Shown: piece by piece, positions 1 through 13,900 of the stretch
How positions within the stretch are numbered: the first letter of the stretch is position 1
How the letters are laid out: each line of letters begins with the position of its first letter
Assembly: GCA_044892525.1 (NCBI GenBank)
Contig: CM097887.1
Coordinates: 87,398,397-87,462,396 of the forward strand
Length of the DNA stretch: 64,000 nt
DNA from: Schmidtea polychroa
Taxonomy: Eukaryota
Direction: 5' to 3'
Program-made: the position numbers and the translations under genes
Notes under the pieces: generated by a model
Seen by the model: the letters and a program-made list of their open reading frames with translations, nothing else
Databases searched by the model: none
Told to the model about the DNA's origin: nothing

Positions 1-249
1 GGAACTTTATTGATTGACCAGCTGTTACACATTCAATTGTTAGTTTTAATTGCTCACTTGTTCTATATATGACGTTTTGTGCTCATGTGTCGCTGTGATT
101 GGAATATTTCAATTTGTAATTATATACAGGAATCGAATATTGAACTCTGGTATTTCATTTGTTTGTAATACGAATAGGATTGGTTTTACTGAAACTGTAG
201 TTTTTGTAATGCATATATAATTTGTGTTTGATACAAATGATTTACTATA

Positions 250-1400
250 ACATGAGTCGTGATATTTGCAAGGATGTTAGGACATATTAGGAACTGTAAA
301 GGTAAATCAGACTGACTTTATCTGACAAGATATTTTGTCCACTTATGGGTAACGGTCACAAACCAAATAGCCTTTATTTCATTAATAATATCGGGCCTAT
401 TTTGACGGGTCACGCTACATTTCACGTGAAAAATAATTTTTATGTTGAAAATCTTTTGATGAAAGAGTACACAATCATCACAAGGATTTATAATTTCACT
501 TTATTTTCATTACTAGTTAGTGCATTCAAAATATATTAATATTCTACAATTTCCTGAAAGCGCCTTTTGGGATGCCGAATGGGGCTATAAATTTTTAGAA
601 ATACTCATGCAAGAGATACTTATCTGCAGATATTGAAACATTCGATTTGATACGAAGCAGATGTGTAGTGAGTGATTGATGACAGACAACTTTGTGTTGG
701 CGTCGGATTTATGGAACCTTTAGTGAAAAATTGCAGGAAATGTTACAATCCTATTGAAAATCTAATCCCTGACGAACAGTTATTCCCCACAAAGGACAGT
801 TGTCGTTTCACTCAGTTTATGAATGACAGACCTGATAAATTCTGAATTAAGTTCTTTCTTTTAGCGGATTTGAAAACTAAGTATTTATGCAATGGTTTCC
901 CTAATTTAGGAAAAGCTGAAGACCGACCACCTGGCAAACAGCTGGCTGAAGATACAGTTATGACACACATGCAGTACTTCTTTAGTAATGGATATAATGT
1001 TGAATATGACAACTGTTTTACATCTTTATCACTAGTCAACGAACCTCTGAAACGCAAAAAAAGTTTAATTGGAAAAATTATATGAGTTATATTATATGAA
1101 TTATATATATGGAATTATATGAGTCGAGACTATTATATTCGACACTGACTGCACTTTGATGGTATACAAACACAAACGTTGTAAGCCTTTTAAGAACGTT
1201 AGAAATTCATATTTGCATACAGACCGAAAGAGAAAAGAAACCTGATATGTTTTTAGCATACAATGAATTGTAATGTGGAGTGGATGTGTTAGACTAGATG
1301 TTCAAGATTTATTCTATGACTGCAGAAACGCGGAGATCGCTTTTGGATGTATGTTTTAATATTCTGAATCTCGCTGTTACTAGTGTGTATATATTATATA
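250..1400 (+). mobile_element. Decayed piggyBac (PGBD-type) transposase remnant
   Basis: Broken frames carry the three piggyBac catalytic motifs: IPDEQLFPTKDSCRFTQFMNDRPDKF (~765-840), KYLCNGFPNLGK...YDNCFTSLSL (ORF 870-1085) and GVDVLD (~1278-1295). Multiple stops and frameshifts; ends not defined. Confidence 0.85.
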
Positions 1401-2276
1401 TAAAGAAGACATGATAACATATCTATATAACGTTGGGCTGTATCGTGCGATTCAGATATGTGAAGAGTAATGTAAATTAAAATGATTAATTAACTTCAAA
1501 AAACCTAAATGATCCGTCGAGAAAGAGCTACATAGCAAAGAAAAAGTAGCAAGAATAAACAAAAACGCTAAATAAAACAAAAAGAAGAGCATTATCTTTA
1601 ATTTTGCTTTAGTTTAAGCACAACACAGGTTAATACAAAATGTATACATTGACTTGCTTTGCATCATATTACACTCAAGTGCAATTGATAACACCTCAAT
1701 TGACATTAAATAGCACTTTTAATAACAAATAACCTTTAACCTATAATAAAAGAGTGTCACTGCCAAAATTGATATTGAATACTACTACCCTAAAATACAA
1801 GACGATAGAAAAATTTAACATGAGAGAAATGAATAACTAGACGCAAACACTGTTCATGAAATAGCAGTCCTTGACAATAAATGGCACCCTTATTTTAAAT
1901 TTTAATGAGAAATTATGAATATTTGTGACGATCCTTTCACATCATCAATTCTTCTTTTTAAAAAAGTCATAAAATCTGTAAGTTTATATTTAAAATTTTG
2001 GTAATTTATAAAATTTTTGCCCAAAAATAATCAAAATATTTAATTATTAAATTTTTTTAAATATACAAATGGAAGCCATCTTACTTTTATTGTAAAAAAT
2101 CCGTCATATTTTCTAAAAAATATTTAAAATATTTTCATAAAAATACTAAAATAAAATTTAATTTTAAATTACTAAAAATTATTAATAAATTAATATTTTA
2201 TAGTTAAAAAACAAATTATAAAATAAAAAAGTCATCCATACTTCCCAGAATTACTATTGATAGGGTGCATTTAAAT

Positions 2277-2417
2277 TGTTGGGCTAGAACTGATTTCTGG
2301 ACCCAAAACTAAAATGTGTCGGTACACAACATACAACTCAGCATTAAGTTTATTTAAAATCAAAACATATAAAAACATCACTTAAACAATAATAAAAAAG
2401 AGTGAAAATGTGAAACA
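2277..2417 (+). mobile_element. Short LTR-like repeat (family A, copy 1), followed by a gag-like A-rich segment to ~2990
   Basis: Starts TGTTGGGCTAGAACTGA and ends GAAACA. Homologous to 4722-4861 (+) and 12455-12613 (-). The downstream 2430-2700 is homologous to 11520-11810 (-). Confidence 0.6.
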
Positions 2418-4023
2418 TCTAAATAAAAATGAAACCCAGCAAGAAGTATTGCACAAAATCCTACTCAAATATAACAGAAAACAACCAAAAATAAATCTGA
2501 ATAAAGGTGATTTAGAAAAATTATAAAAAAAATTTCATAAAAATCCCACTTAAGGAACATCATAGCAAAATTTCGATAAAAAACCCAGAACAATCCATGA
2601 AAATGGCGAAATCCATCATGGCCGCCAAACGACCTAATAGAAGTTATGAAAAATAAATATTTTAGTTTAAAATATAAAAATTTACAAAAAAACAATGTTA
2701 AAAATTAAGAATTAGATTAAATTTAACATGGAATGTTCTGGAAATGCCCAAATCCATCATAGAGGCAAATTTAATAAAAAAATAATTCCGAAATAAAATT
2801 GTAAAAATAAAAATAATTACAAAAATATCATCGCGAAAATTGATAAAAATTGAAAATAGAAGTTCTAGAATAAAAATAATTCGGATTTGTTTTACTGCAC
2901 TAATGCATGCACACAAACTCGCACACCAAAAACGAGGTATAAATACCGACGCATTTTGGTAACAAAACACTCTATGCCAAAATTTTTATTTTTTTTTGAC
3001 ATTTTGTACTAGCAATCGAGATTTAAAGTAAGGACGTTTACATTGTCTACCATCATGTTATATCATTATTAATTTATAATTATATGCATATTGAGTTAAT
3101 TTTTGACAAGAGTGACACTAGGATCTTACTGTACAATTTATTACACAAGACCGAGTCAGTCCTGCACTTCATTAAAATCATCCTCGTCACTGGGTCCACA
3201 ATCATTGGCGATTGTAGGCCCACAGCCTAGCATGTATTTAGATGTATGGATTGAGTCGTAGGAGGTAACAACTACTTCGTGTTATAAGCCACGGAGTTCG
3301 TCGGTAAATTCCCCAAGAATGACGGGGCTCTAAGAGATCGTGTAGAATTATTATTTTGCTGTAACGTTGACCAACTTAACATTAGGGCCTACTGTAGTGA
3401 GTCCAGTGAGGCCACGAAATTAGGTAAATTTTAATTAAATGACCATTGTTGCAACTAAATAATATACCTAAACTTACACCCAAACTATATGTGCTACACT
3501 TCAGTAGGATCTTATAAACAGCTAAAATCCCCAGACTCAGAACCACCACACTACACTTAATAATAGCTGGTTAATATCGATTTAAAAATTAATTTTTACG
3601 AATCGCCATTTGATAAATTGATGTTGAATGTTATTATTAAATAAAATGAGATACTAGTATGGGGTTCGAGTTATCGATCTATTAGATTATATTCCTGGCT
3701 ATTTAACTTTATTGAAAATGTTACAATTACTTAATTGTTATATTATTAATATATCAAAAGAAGTTTAAATTATTAATATGTCAAATCATGTTCCTACTCA
3801 TTTAATTGTATTAAAAATATTAACATCGATTAATATTCAGGTTATATTATTATAATTTACTACCATAAGTTAACATGGGAGAATATGTTACACCCCTTTA
3901 AATCCATCAATGTTAGAATTATTAGTCTAAATTATATACATATATATTGACCTTAAAAAATTGTAATTTATATTTTTTCATAAATATCCCCTCCCCACGA
4001 TTATATAATGATGGGAATGTCAT

Positions 4024-4255
4024 ACTTAACGCGCACTGACGTATATATAAGTTCGCGCAAAACCGGACAAAATGTGCAGTGACGTGATAGTTTTTGAATA
4101 GTTTTAGTTTATTATTTTTCAGTTAATAGATATTATTATTTTATTGTTACATTATATTGTTATTTATTGAAATTGGTCCAAATATATCTTTTCTTAAAGA
4201 AAAAAAATTGATTTTTTTTGGTCGTTTTTTTTAAATTGTGCGTTAAGGGGTTAAG
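4024..4255. mobile_element. piggyBac-like MITE remnant
   Basis: Right end TGTGCGTTAAGGGGTTAA (reverse complement TTAACCCCTTAACGCACA); left end has a partial match CTTAACGCGCA. Confidence 0.4.
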
Positions 4256-4289
4256 CTAAATTACATATACATTAAACTTACAAAATTTC

Positions 4290-4620
4290 AGTTACTATTA
4301 TTATTATGATTATAATTATTATTATTATTACTATTATCAATATTATTATTATTTTTGTTACTATTATTATTAAGGTCATGAAAATTCCTATCCTAGTTAG
4401 TAACATAAAACCGAAATTATAAATATTATTATTATTATTCATAATGTAATCATTATCATCATTATAACTAGTATAATCACCCTTATTATTATCATTAATG
4501 ACCCATCGTCGTGGTTACTAAAATTCCCCTAAGTAGAGTCGTAAGGATTATTATTATCATCATATTATTAGTCATTATTATTTAATCTATTGCTAATTTA
4601 TTATTAATTAATTTATGTAT
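4290..4620. repeat. Degenerate (ATT)n low-complexity tract
   Basis: Runs of attattatt with interruptions, seen directly. Confidence 0.8.
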
Positions 4621-4721
4621 AATGTGACATTAATATTATCGATTAAGGATTCCTCTTAAGGCTAAATTTAGTTATAGTGACACTTTCCCCAATGATATCG
4701 CTAAAAATGTATCCATTCTAT

Positions 4722-4861
4722 TGTTGGGCTAGAACTGAATTCTATACCCAAATCTTGCTGAAATGTGGTGGTACATAACATGGACACCTAGCAGTAAGTT
4801 TACGTAAATAAAAATATAAAACATCAAATAAACAATAACAATTAAGAGAAATTGTGAAATA
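4722..4861 (+). mobile_element. LTR-like repeat family A, copy 2
   Basis: TGTTGGGCTAGAACTGAATTCTATACCCAAA...AAGTTT...AAACAATAA, colinear with 2277-2417. Confidence 0.6.
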
Positions 4862-5559
4862 TATATCACTTTTTTGAAATGTCTAATTTGATCGTTAAAG
4901 TGTCTAAATAGGTCGGAAAACCCTATATTTGATAGCTAATTATTTACTCGCTTTAATTCATTTCATCATTAATTTTCTACATTATCAGAAAATTATTTAT
5001 TTTATTTATGGAAATATTTCAATTTAAATTAAGTTAGATCAATTATTTATTTAAACAACAAATAAATATCCATAAATATGAATTTTTTAAACATTTCGAG
5101 AAAAAATCTTTATTTTCTATGGAATTTATCATTCGGATTTTGTCGGTAAGACATACTAAGAAGTAAAATCAGAGTCAGAATCATATACAGGTTGTACTGC
5201 TACTTCTGCTAAACTTTAATGTCATAGCACATCACAACAATTACAAGACTGGAAATAATGATGATTGGAGCCCAAGTACTTCAGAAGTTACAAATCCATG
5301 TCCATATATAATAAAAAGTACAGAAAATGCAAAAGAAAGAGTCATTCTATATTTAGACGTTCTGGCATTCAAAGATGTTGCTTATTTAAATTTCAGTAAT
5401 AATCTTTCATTAATATTGAACCAACTTCACACATAAATTATTATTCTTGGATTCCGCGTATTTCAGAACTCGACTCAGTCTAAATGCAGTAGCAACACCA
5501 GCTAATCGTCTAATTCAAAAATCTTGGTTTTCTCGACGGGTCGGTAATGAAGAAGAGGA

Positions 5560-5760
5560 ACTATCAAAGAATCCTTTAAATTATGTTAAAGATGTAGTTT
5601 CACCAGATACCGATCAGATTTCATTAACAAACTGAAGATCACAATGTTATGATAATGCTGCCGTGATGTCAGGTCAAATATCTGAGGATCAACAAAGAAT
5701 TATGGAAAAAGAGTATCATTTGAAAAAGCATTATTTGTAAGCAATGGACAAACTGGACAG
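5560..5760 (+). mobile_element. hAT (ZMYM1-like) transposase fragment
   Basis: SQCYDNAAVMSGQI at ~5639-5685 matches the hAT GQxYDxAxxMSG catalytic-Asp motif. Confidence 0.6.
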
Positions 5761-5819
5761 TCTATTAATCAGTTATTAGTCGAGCCTGGTTGTTTTGTAC
5801 GATTTTTAACGTTTCTTAC

Positions 5820-6050
5820 ATCTAATCTGTGTTGCTCTACAAATATATCAAATGCTGTAAGGGTGCGATAATTTGGGATTGGTGTCCGAATAAAATCTCA
5901 TATGATGAATTTCCCGTTGTTTTATATGTTGTGAATCTAATTCTCATTTCATTTGGGAATGTCTCATCCCAATCGATAGACGTCTTCCTTTCAAAACGCT
6001 CGAAATTTAAAGTTCAAAATAATCTTTCAACCCATTTATTTCACCGCGGA
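5820..6050 (-). mobile_element. Ty3/gypsy integrase C-terminal fragment
   Basis: Minus strand reads ...DWDETFPNEMRIRFTTYKTTGNSSYEILFGHQ, resembling the WDxxLP...TTGxSPYEILFG motif. Confidence 0.6.
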
Positions 6051-6784
6051 TAATACACAGATGAAAAACGTTGTTTAACTTTCATTATCATATATAAAAC
6101 CTCAAATTGCTAAATACCATGTTAAATAAAAAAACGCAAATACAACATTAAATAAATAGCAAAAATATGGAAAACCCAGTGACGAGTTTACAAAAATTGT
6201 GCTCTATGCACAAACATTATTGGGTTCTTCTAAACATGTAGATTGAGAGTATAAGACTGGCGAAAAAAAAGTGAATCTGGCCAACCAAGTTCCTGAAAGA
6301 ACAGGTAGATCGAGATCAGATTGTAAACCGTGATATGTGTACGTTGAACAACGGCACAACAAAAAGGTAGACCCCATGTTGACCATGCAAACTTTGGATC
6401 CTAATCTTTCAAAGTCATCATGATGACTCCTGGATGTTTGGCGTGCTGCAATATTTTGATGTACCTAATACATAGTGTCGAATATGATTAAATATAAGTT
6501 TTGATTATTTTTTCACATCTCACTGAGGAAATTTAGAATGAGGAGATTATATAATTAGGCAAGGACCAAACAACAGGAATAACGTATGTTGATTGAAATG
6601 GGTTGGGCAAATCAGTGAGACAAAACTTAAGTGAAAAAATCGGACAAATGGCTTCTATTTATTTTCCGTTACCTCTAGGATTGTCAGGACATTTGCAGTT
6701 TCACTCTTGGAGTTCATAATTTGCAGAAAAGTATTAAAGTTGTCCAGCAACATTTTCATGTGGCTATCGTTATCGTTATTAATA

Positions 6785-8231
6785 CACCAAACACCACTGA
6801 GATACATTTTCTATAGTGGTGGTTAGTGTGTATATAATTAAATTGACTCACCAATTTAATAAATTTCATTTCTTGAAATATATTTTAGGCAATTTTGAAA
6901 TGGATTTCAGGTAAGATATTTAATTTTAAGTAGATTTTATTGAATTTATTGAATATAGATAAGAGATCATTATTCAAGTTCTTAAATATTACTTTTAGTT
7001 AACATTTGTATTATAAATTATTTTCAATTAATTTCAGGTTTTTTAGGAATTTTATAATTATAATTTTGGAATTATTTTGATATAATGTAAGTCAAATATA
7101 TTCTTAATTATAATTGAATAATTAAATCAATCGCCAAAAATGAATTTTTCTAAAATATTTCTAAAACGAATGTTGGGCTGAAACCGTGAACTGAAAGTTG
7201 TTTTAATGAATCGGAAATACATAACATAAAAATCGCATCAAGTTGAATTAAAATCCATGGTCATACACCTAATAAGACAAACTAAACTAAATAATACATA
7301 AAACACGTATAATAGGGTAACTAAAGCCAGTCCTCGGTAGATAGGGTTCAGTTTGATTAATTTTATAGGTTCTACAAATGGTTAGGATCTCAAATAGGTC
7401 GGAATTAGATAATGCAGCCAGATCCCTACTCAATTTTTATGGGGAATATGGAACCACACTTATTAACTCGAAAATAAGGGCCGGCCCCTGCTCAAATTTT
7501 TGAAGAAAATAATAGAAAACATCCAGAAATAAGGACCATAGTCAAATGAAGGCATTTCAACGATCCAGCAATAGAAATAGACGATGAATGATGACGTAAG
7601 ACCTTCTATCGGCAGTCCAGAACCCGTAGGGAAAATAGAATGAGGAGTAGTTTTAGCAATAGAGCTCACCTGCTCATTGATTTTCAACCATTGTGTACAG
7701 TACCAACATTGTCGTTGCTGTGGGTACACAGATGGTCTAAAATATAATAATCATAAAGGCGTTTTGGAAGGAGTCGATTTAACGTCTATAAATACCCATG
7801 ACACATTTAAAAATAAAACGACACACCCCTAAGCGCCAACACAAATATCATAAATTCTAACTTAATTTTAACTCAAAAATAATTCTTACGATAATATTTG
7901 GTTATTTTCATGGCAATAGTTTTTTTTAAAAATACATTTAAAAACATTTTCACCGATAATTTTTTTCTAAAATTTGACTAAAATTGAGTTTCTATTGAAA
8001 CGTATCTAAGCGACGCATTTCAATGAATAAGTTTGCATGTGTTTTAGTATGTGTTGTGTTTGTGTGCAGTATTCAATTTTTCTTCCACTTTTTAGATTTC
8101 TATAGTGTCAGATGTATCTAATTGCACTAATAATGAAAACAGCTTGAATTTAAAGTAAATATGTTTCTATAATGTAAGATAATTGATTATTTTCTTATAT
8201 TATAGGAAACGTATCTCAGTGGTGTTTGGTG
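6785..8231. mobile_element. Non-autonomous Tc1/mariner-type element with TIRs and TA target duplication
   Basis: Left TA|CACCAAACACCACTGAGATAC (6785) and right GTATCTCAGTGGTGTTTGGTG|TA (8231) form a perfect 21-bp inverted repeat. The interior contains a TGTTGG...CCAACA-bounded segment (7171-7841). Confidence 0.8.
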
Positions 8232-9301
8232 TACGAGTTTGTGAGTAGGTAGTCGGCAATGACTTTAAATCACCCCTCTCAACCAGCAGTATAAATTCTT
8301 GTTAACGAGTGACTCATTAATAAAAATTATTTTTAAAAATTTCAGGTAAAAATAACATTTTCGTAAAATTAAAATGAAAAATTTATTTACTAAATACTTC
8401 GATATATTAATCAATTTTAAAATACCTAGTTTTTATCAAAAATGTAAATTTTTTTCTATAATTCAAATAAACTTGATAATTTTAATATAAATCACATTAA
8501 TATGTGAAGTCGATTAATGTAATTTTCAATTTTTATTTTTTTAAAATACTAGAACTTCAGAACATAAATTATTTTAAAAAACTTTTTTATTAAAAATGTA
8601 AATTATTTATTATGATTCAAATTAACTTGATATTTTTAATCTAAATGATAAATATAGGTGAAGGTAATGTAATTTACAAATTTTATTTTATAACCAAATC
8701 CATAATTTTAATTGGAAGGTAAATTCAATATTGTATTACGTAATAATTAAATTTAAGATGAAGCCAAATAATTTTAAATAATCATTGACTGGTTTTAACA
8801 AACTTTATTTTTTCATTGTCTTAATTAGTAGGCTATTCTTAATTTTATAAAAATTTAGAATTTTTAGCATTTTAACTATATTTCTACGACGAGAAATGTT
8901 TAAATAGTTACTTACTTTGTGACCTTCAATTTTTTAAATTTAATCGATGAATAAATTTAGAACTTGTTCTTTGTACTAGTTTTTTGATACTTATAGTTTC
9001 TTTTCTGTTATTTATTTTGTAAATTTCTTGTAATTGTTTAGAATTAATTTAAAAATTCCTTTTTGTTATAAGTGAAATAATTATAAATATATTTGTAATT
9101 AAAAAAAAATTTTTAATGAAGAACATTTAATATAAACTGCAATGAATGAATCAGAAAAATATTTTTCGAAATGTTAAATTTTTATAAATTAAAATTTATT
9201 GTAATATTAGTAAATTAAATTGTTAATAAATAAATATTAGTTTAAATAATCAGTCTATTCTGTCATATATTTTTATTCGTTAATAATAATTAATATAACA
9301 T

Positions 9302-10341
9302 ATGTCCACAATTAAACAAAAACCTAAGAGAAGAAGGCCAACAGACTTTGTAATAGCAAATAATTGGCGAATTATAAAAAAATTAGGAAGTGGCTCATTT
9401 GGTCATATTTATCTTGCAGAGTCTGTTTCGGACAGACAAGAATATGCAGTAAAATTGGAAGATGTTAAATCAGAGTATCCACAATTGGAACATGAAAGAA
9501 ATATGTATAAAGCTCTTCAGGTTTGTATTTAACATTCTTTTGTATTTAATTTCTTTATTAATCAATTTAGGGTGGTATTGGTATACCTAATATTTTCTGG
9601 TTTGGTTATGATGGCGTGAGAAACGAACACAAAGCACTAGTTATGGAATATCTAGGTCCTAGCCTTGAAGATTTATTTGCATTTTGTAAGCGACGATTTT
9701 CGTTACCTACAGTTCTATTACTTGCTCAGCAAATGGTTACCAGAGTTGAGTTTCTCCACTCAAAGCATATCATTCATCGAGATATTAAACCGGATAACTT
9801 TGTCATGGGCCAGAAATGCTTTTCAAGTAGGGTTTATATCGTCGATTTCGGGCTTTCAAAGTTATATATGTAAGAATAATTTTAATTTTAATTTTAAAAT
9901 AATCTCGTCAATAGAGATAGACACACAAATACCCACATTCGAAATCGCACAAAAAAAGGATTAACCGGATCTCCTAGATATGCCAGCATAAATACACATA
10001 ATGGATTCGAACAATCTCGGCGGGATGACATGGAATCTATTGCATATTGTCTTGTCTATTTCCTCAAACGCCAGCTGCCATGGCAAGGTTTAGATGGTGA
10101 GACAAAAAAACAGAAATATGAAAAAATCAAAGAAAAGAAAATTAATACATCTCTTCCAATTTTATGCTCAGATCTTCCTCAGGAATTTCAAACGTATTTA
10201 CATTATTGTCGCCAAATGAATTTCGAAAGCCAACCTGAATATTCAGCCATTCGAGACCTTTTCCATAAATTATTTGCCAAACTAAATTATCCTCAAAATT
10301 CTAAATTTGATTGGGAGTTCAAGAAAACCAATCAGATTTAA
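9302..10341 (+). CDS. CK1: Casein kinase I family kinase, paralogue A (3 exons, 314 aa)
   Basis: Exons 9302-9520, 9571-9869, 9915-10341; GT-AG introns of 50 and 45 nt; the spliced frame is open (945 nt). Motifs GSGSFG, AVKLE, LLGPSL-like [47 protein letters not shown]. Confidence 0.96.
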
Positions 10342-11519
10342 GCCTGATATCTAACATCTGATAATGTCAACTTTTTCTTTTAGTATTTTAAATAAATATG
10401 TACATAGCTGTATTGATTTTGTAAATGAGCTATTATTCGTGGTGTTGATAATTAATTATTGAATTATCTTCAATTTTTTAATTTTATTGATTTGTAAATT
10501 TCAATTATTTTTATAAATTCCAATTAAGTAAACTTTAAATTCTTTAATATTAAAGAATATCGAAGTGTTAGAATAAATGAATTTTTGAAAGTTCGGAAAG
10601 ATGAGTCAAAAGTAATAGTTATCAGAAAATTAATCGGTGATATCATAGTTTTTTCTGTTAGTTGTATTATGCCGAAAAATTTTTTGTCGGCCATTTTCTC
10701 TGCATCTAGTACGTATGCATATCTAGTTTAATTTCTTTTGTATTAATTGCTCACCTTTTGCAGTTTTATTTTTGTTACTTATTGTGTTTTTAATTTAGTG
10801 AAATAGTGAGGTCACATTGTAAATATACGAGCTGCATAAGTCAGGAACTATTTCCAATTGTTTATGTAATGATTAGTTGATATTATAAATAAATTATTTA
10901 CGAATGTGATTATTTGACAAATTTCTAAATGATTATCTAATAATGCTGGTGTCATTGATCAAATCTTAACTGTTGTTTCGTAAACTTGTAATTTGACATA
11001 ATAAAATCGCGAAATTTGACGTTTTTGTTTTGCGTAAGGATTTTTGTATAATTCTTATTTTATTTAGCAACTAATTATTGCGTACCAATTTGTATTGAGT
11101 TTTGTTGGTAAGTTGAAATTTTTTAAAATAAAATAAATATTTTACATTTTTTCTAAATAACATTAATCACGACATATATTTATTAAATTGTTCCACGAAT
11201 TAGTAAACATTTTAAACAATTAACTTCTAATTATGTAGTTTTTTTTAAATGCTACAAAATTGCTAACCTTAGATACCTTTAGATACGTTAATATTTCATT
11301 TTTCGAATAGGTAATTAACCGCGAATAATTAATTTAGAAATCTTGACTATTTTTTCAAAGTAAAAATGTTTTTATAATCTTCAACTTTGAAAATTAGCTT
11401 GCCACTGAAACCCGTATAGTGTTCAAATTAGTAACGATTAAAAGCCAATAATATCAAAATTAACGTAGACTATTTGTTAATCTAACTAATCACTATATGA
11501 AATTTGATTAATTCTTATT

Positions 11520-12613
11520 TTTTAATTGGTTTTTGTGAATTCTTTCATATTTTTATTATTTTAAACTAAAAATTTTTATTTTTTTTGAAAATTTTATTTG
11601 GTCGTTTGGTCGCCATGATGATATCGCCATTTTTTATGGATTGTTCTGCAGTTGTTATTCAAAAATTTTATATATCTTTCTTTACGAAAGGTTTTGATGA
11701 AAATTTTACTTTTTACTAATCGCCCTTATTCGAATTTGCTTTTGTTGTTATATGTTTTCGGTTATATTTAAGTTGGTTTTTGTGCAATACTTTTTACTGG
11801 GTTTTAATTTATTATTACAGGAATACCTCGAACAGTACGGTTAATCGGTTCTGGAATTTAGCCGTACTATTTGAAACCGGACTATTCGAGGCATTCTGGC
11901 GCTAATAAATTTAAAAATCGTGATTATAATCTAGTAAACAAAAAATATTTTGTTATGTATTTTTATTTTTCTGATATTCAAGAGCAAAACAAGCATATTT
12001 AACACAGTTATACTTATTGAAATTTATGAGCCGGCAATAGCAATTCATTGCAACTAAATCAAAAAAAAGAATTTATTTCATTTAAAAATTATTAAAAATA
12101 GCTGATGAAAAACAAGTAAATAAATTAAATGAACACAACAATTTAATTTAAAAAAGATCAACAAAAGCAATTCACTTAAATTCTAATGTTTAGATCATTT
12201 TGTATTGTTTAAAAATTTCAATAACGATGCCTGAACTTTTTTTGGTCGTAACAAAACAATTTATTAAACACGTACCGTATGATTTTATAATAACGAATAA
12301 ATTCTAAAAAATTAATTTAAAAAATTTTTTTTTAAATTTCGAAAATTTTATTTAATCATTTTAAAAACAATCATATTTTGAAAATTTCAAAACCGTGCAA
12401 TAGAGAAACCGTACTGATCGAAACCGTATTACGCGAGGTATTCCTGTATTTGGATGTTTTCATTTTGTGTATTGATCTCTCTATTATTATTGTTTAATTG
12501 GTGTTTTATATGTTTTAATTTAACTAAACTTAATGCTGAGTATGCGTGTTGTGTACCGACACATTTCTTCAGTATTATAACTTGTGGGTCTAGAAATCAG
12601 TTCCAGCCTAACA
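11520..12613 (-). mobile_element. Family A LTR (12455-12613) plus gag-like segment (11520-11810), split by a MITE
   Basis: The reverse complement matches 2277-2700 on both sides of the 11818-12446 insertion. Confidence 0.65.
11818..12446. mobile_element. pogo/Tigger-like MITE
   Basis: TIRs CAGGAATACCTCG...TACGG at both ends, flanked by TA on each side (11816-17 and 12447-48); no coding capacity. Confidence 0.85.
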
Positions 12614-12639
12614 CAAGAAGTCAAGCAAACAAAAACAAC

Positions 12640-13900
12640 AATAACACCTCGATATGCTAACGATGGAAAATTAGAAATTAACGGTAGTGCAGAAATGAGA
12701 GTCAATTTGAATGGTATAGAGAAAGAGATACAGTTCACAATAGTGGAAGACAAAGAAGCTAATTGCAGCACAATTCCAGACTTCGATCAACCTTCTTAGT
12801 AGTTTTGATATAAAATAGAATACAGAGAAGGGACAAAAACGCTAACGCAGATAGGCTATCAAGGAAGACACATGGAACATGCACACAATGTTTACTAATA
12901 CACGAAGACCCAAAGGAGGGCAAACTAAAGACCAGAAGGATTAATGCGATAGATAACAACGAGAAGATCGAATGTCAAGAAAATAGTACAGAGATAAGAC
13001 AACTAAAAGATGAAATTCGAGACGTTTCTTTGAAGTTTATTCTAGAAAACGGTATAGTGATGACAAAGGAAAGGAAAATATGAAAACCCGAAGATAGATG
13101 TCATGAGGTGATAAAGACAATCCACAGTTTACTTTCTCATGCGGGAGTCGAAAAAATGATATCCTATATGAGAAATAACTACCATATGAAAAATATGAAA
13201 GAAATAGTAAAAAAAATAATTAAGGAATGCAAGCCGTGTCAAAGATGTACATAGATATATGTGGGTCTTTACATGAAATGTTTAGGAGAAAGAAATATAT
13301 TGTTGCCATAATTGATCAATTTAGTATATATATATATATATGACATGGTCGATGGTTATAGAACTTTGCTTTTCAAGTCCATATCATCATAATACGAACG
13401 ATATCATAAAGATGTAATTCAAAACAATAAGGGACTACATAAATACGTAACCAAAGGAGAGGAAAAATCAGATTGACAGAAATATTGCCAGAAATAGAAT
13501 TTACACTGACTGCAACAATACAGAAGTAGATCGGGAAGAGGCCAGCAGAGGAAATATTTGGAAGTGAAATATTTAGAGAACGTTGCACTCAAGGCATGCA
13601 CCGCAAATAAGAAAATCGAATCTAAAAGAAGAAACGCCTGAACAGATACCAACAAAAAGATCTTTCAATCCCGGAGAAAAAGTGCTAATAAAGGTAGAAT
13701 CAAGAACGGAAGAAAGAGATAGATATGAAGACCCATACGAGATTATTCAAAAAATAAGCGATAGGCGATATCTGTTGAGATACAATTTGGGAAAGACAAT
13801 ACAAAGAAATGTTGAAAAGATGAAATATTTTAAAGAAGGGAAATGTGATATGCAGTCCATTGATAAAAATTCACAAATTTTTAAGAATTTATAAAAAATT
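12640..13900 (+). mobile_element. Ty3/gypsy pol remnant (protease-like region, integrase HHCC, C-terminal domain, PPT and LTR start)
   Basis: IHSLLSHAGVEKMISY...IIKECKPCQRC (~13120-13250); YIVAIIDQFS; FNPGEKVLIK...DPYEIIQKISDRRY (ORF 13583-13894). The purine tract AAAGAAGGGAAA is followed by TG at 13844. Confidence 0.8.

Noticed and set aside
3655-3680. GGTTCGAG T-loop-like motifs (also ~33914)
   Set aside because: No cloverleaf, acceptor stem or A-box could be built; not called as tRNA.
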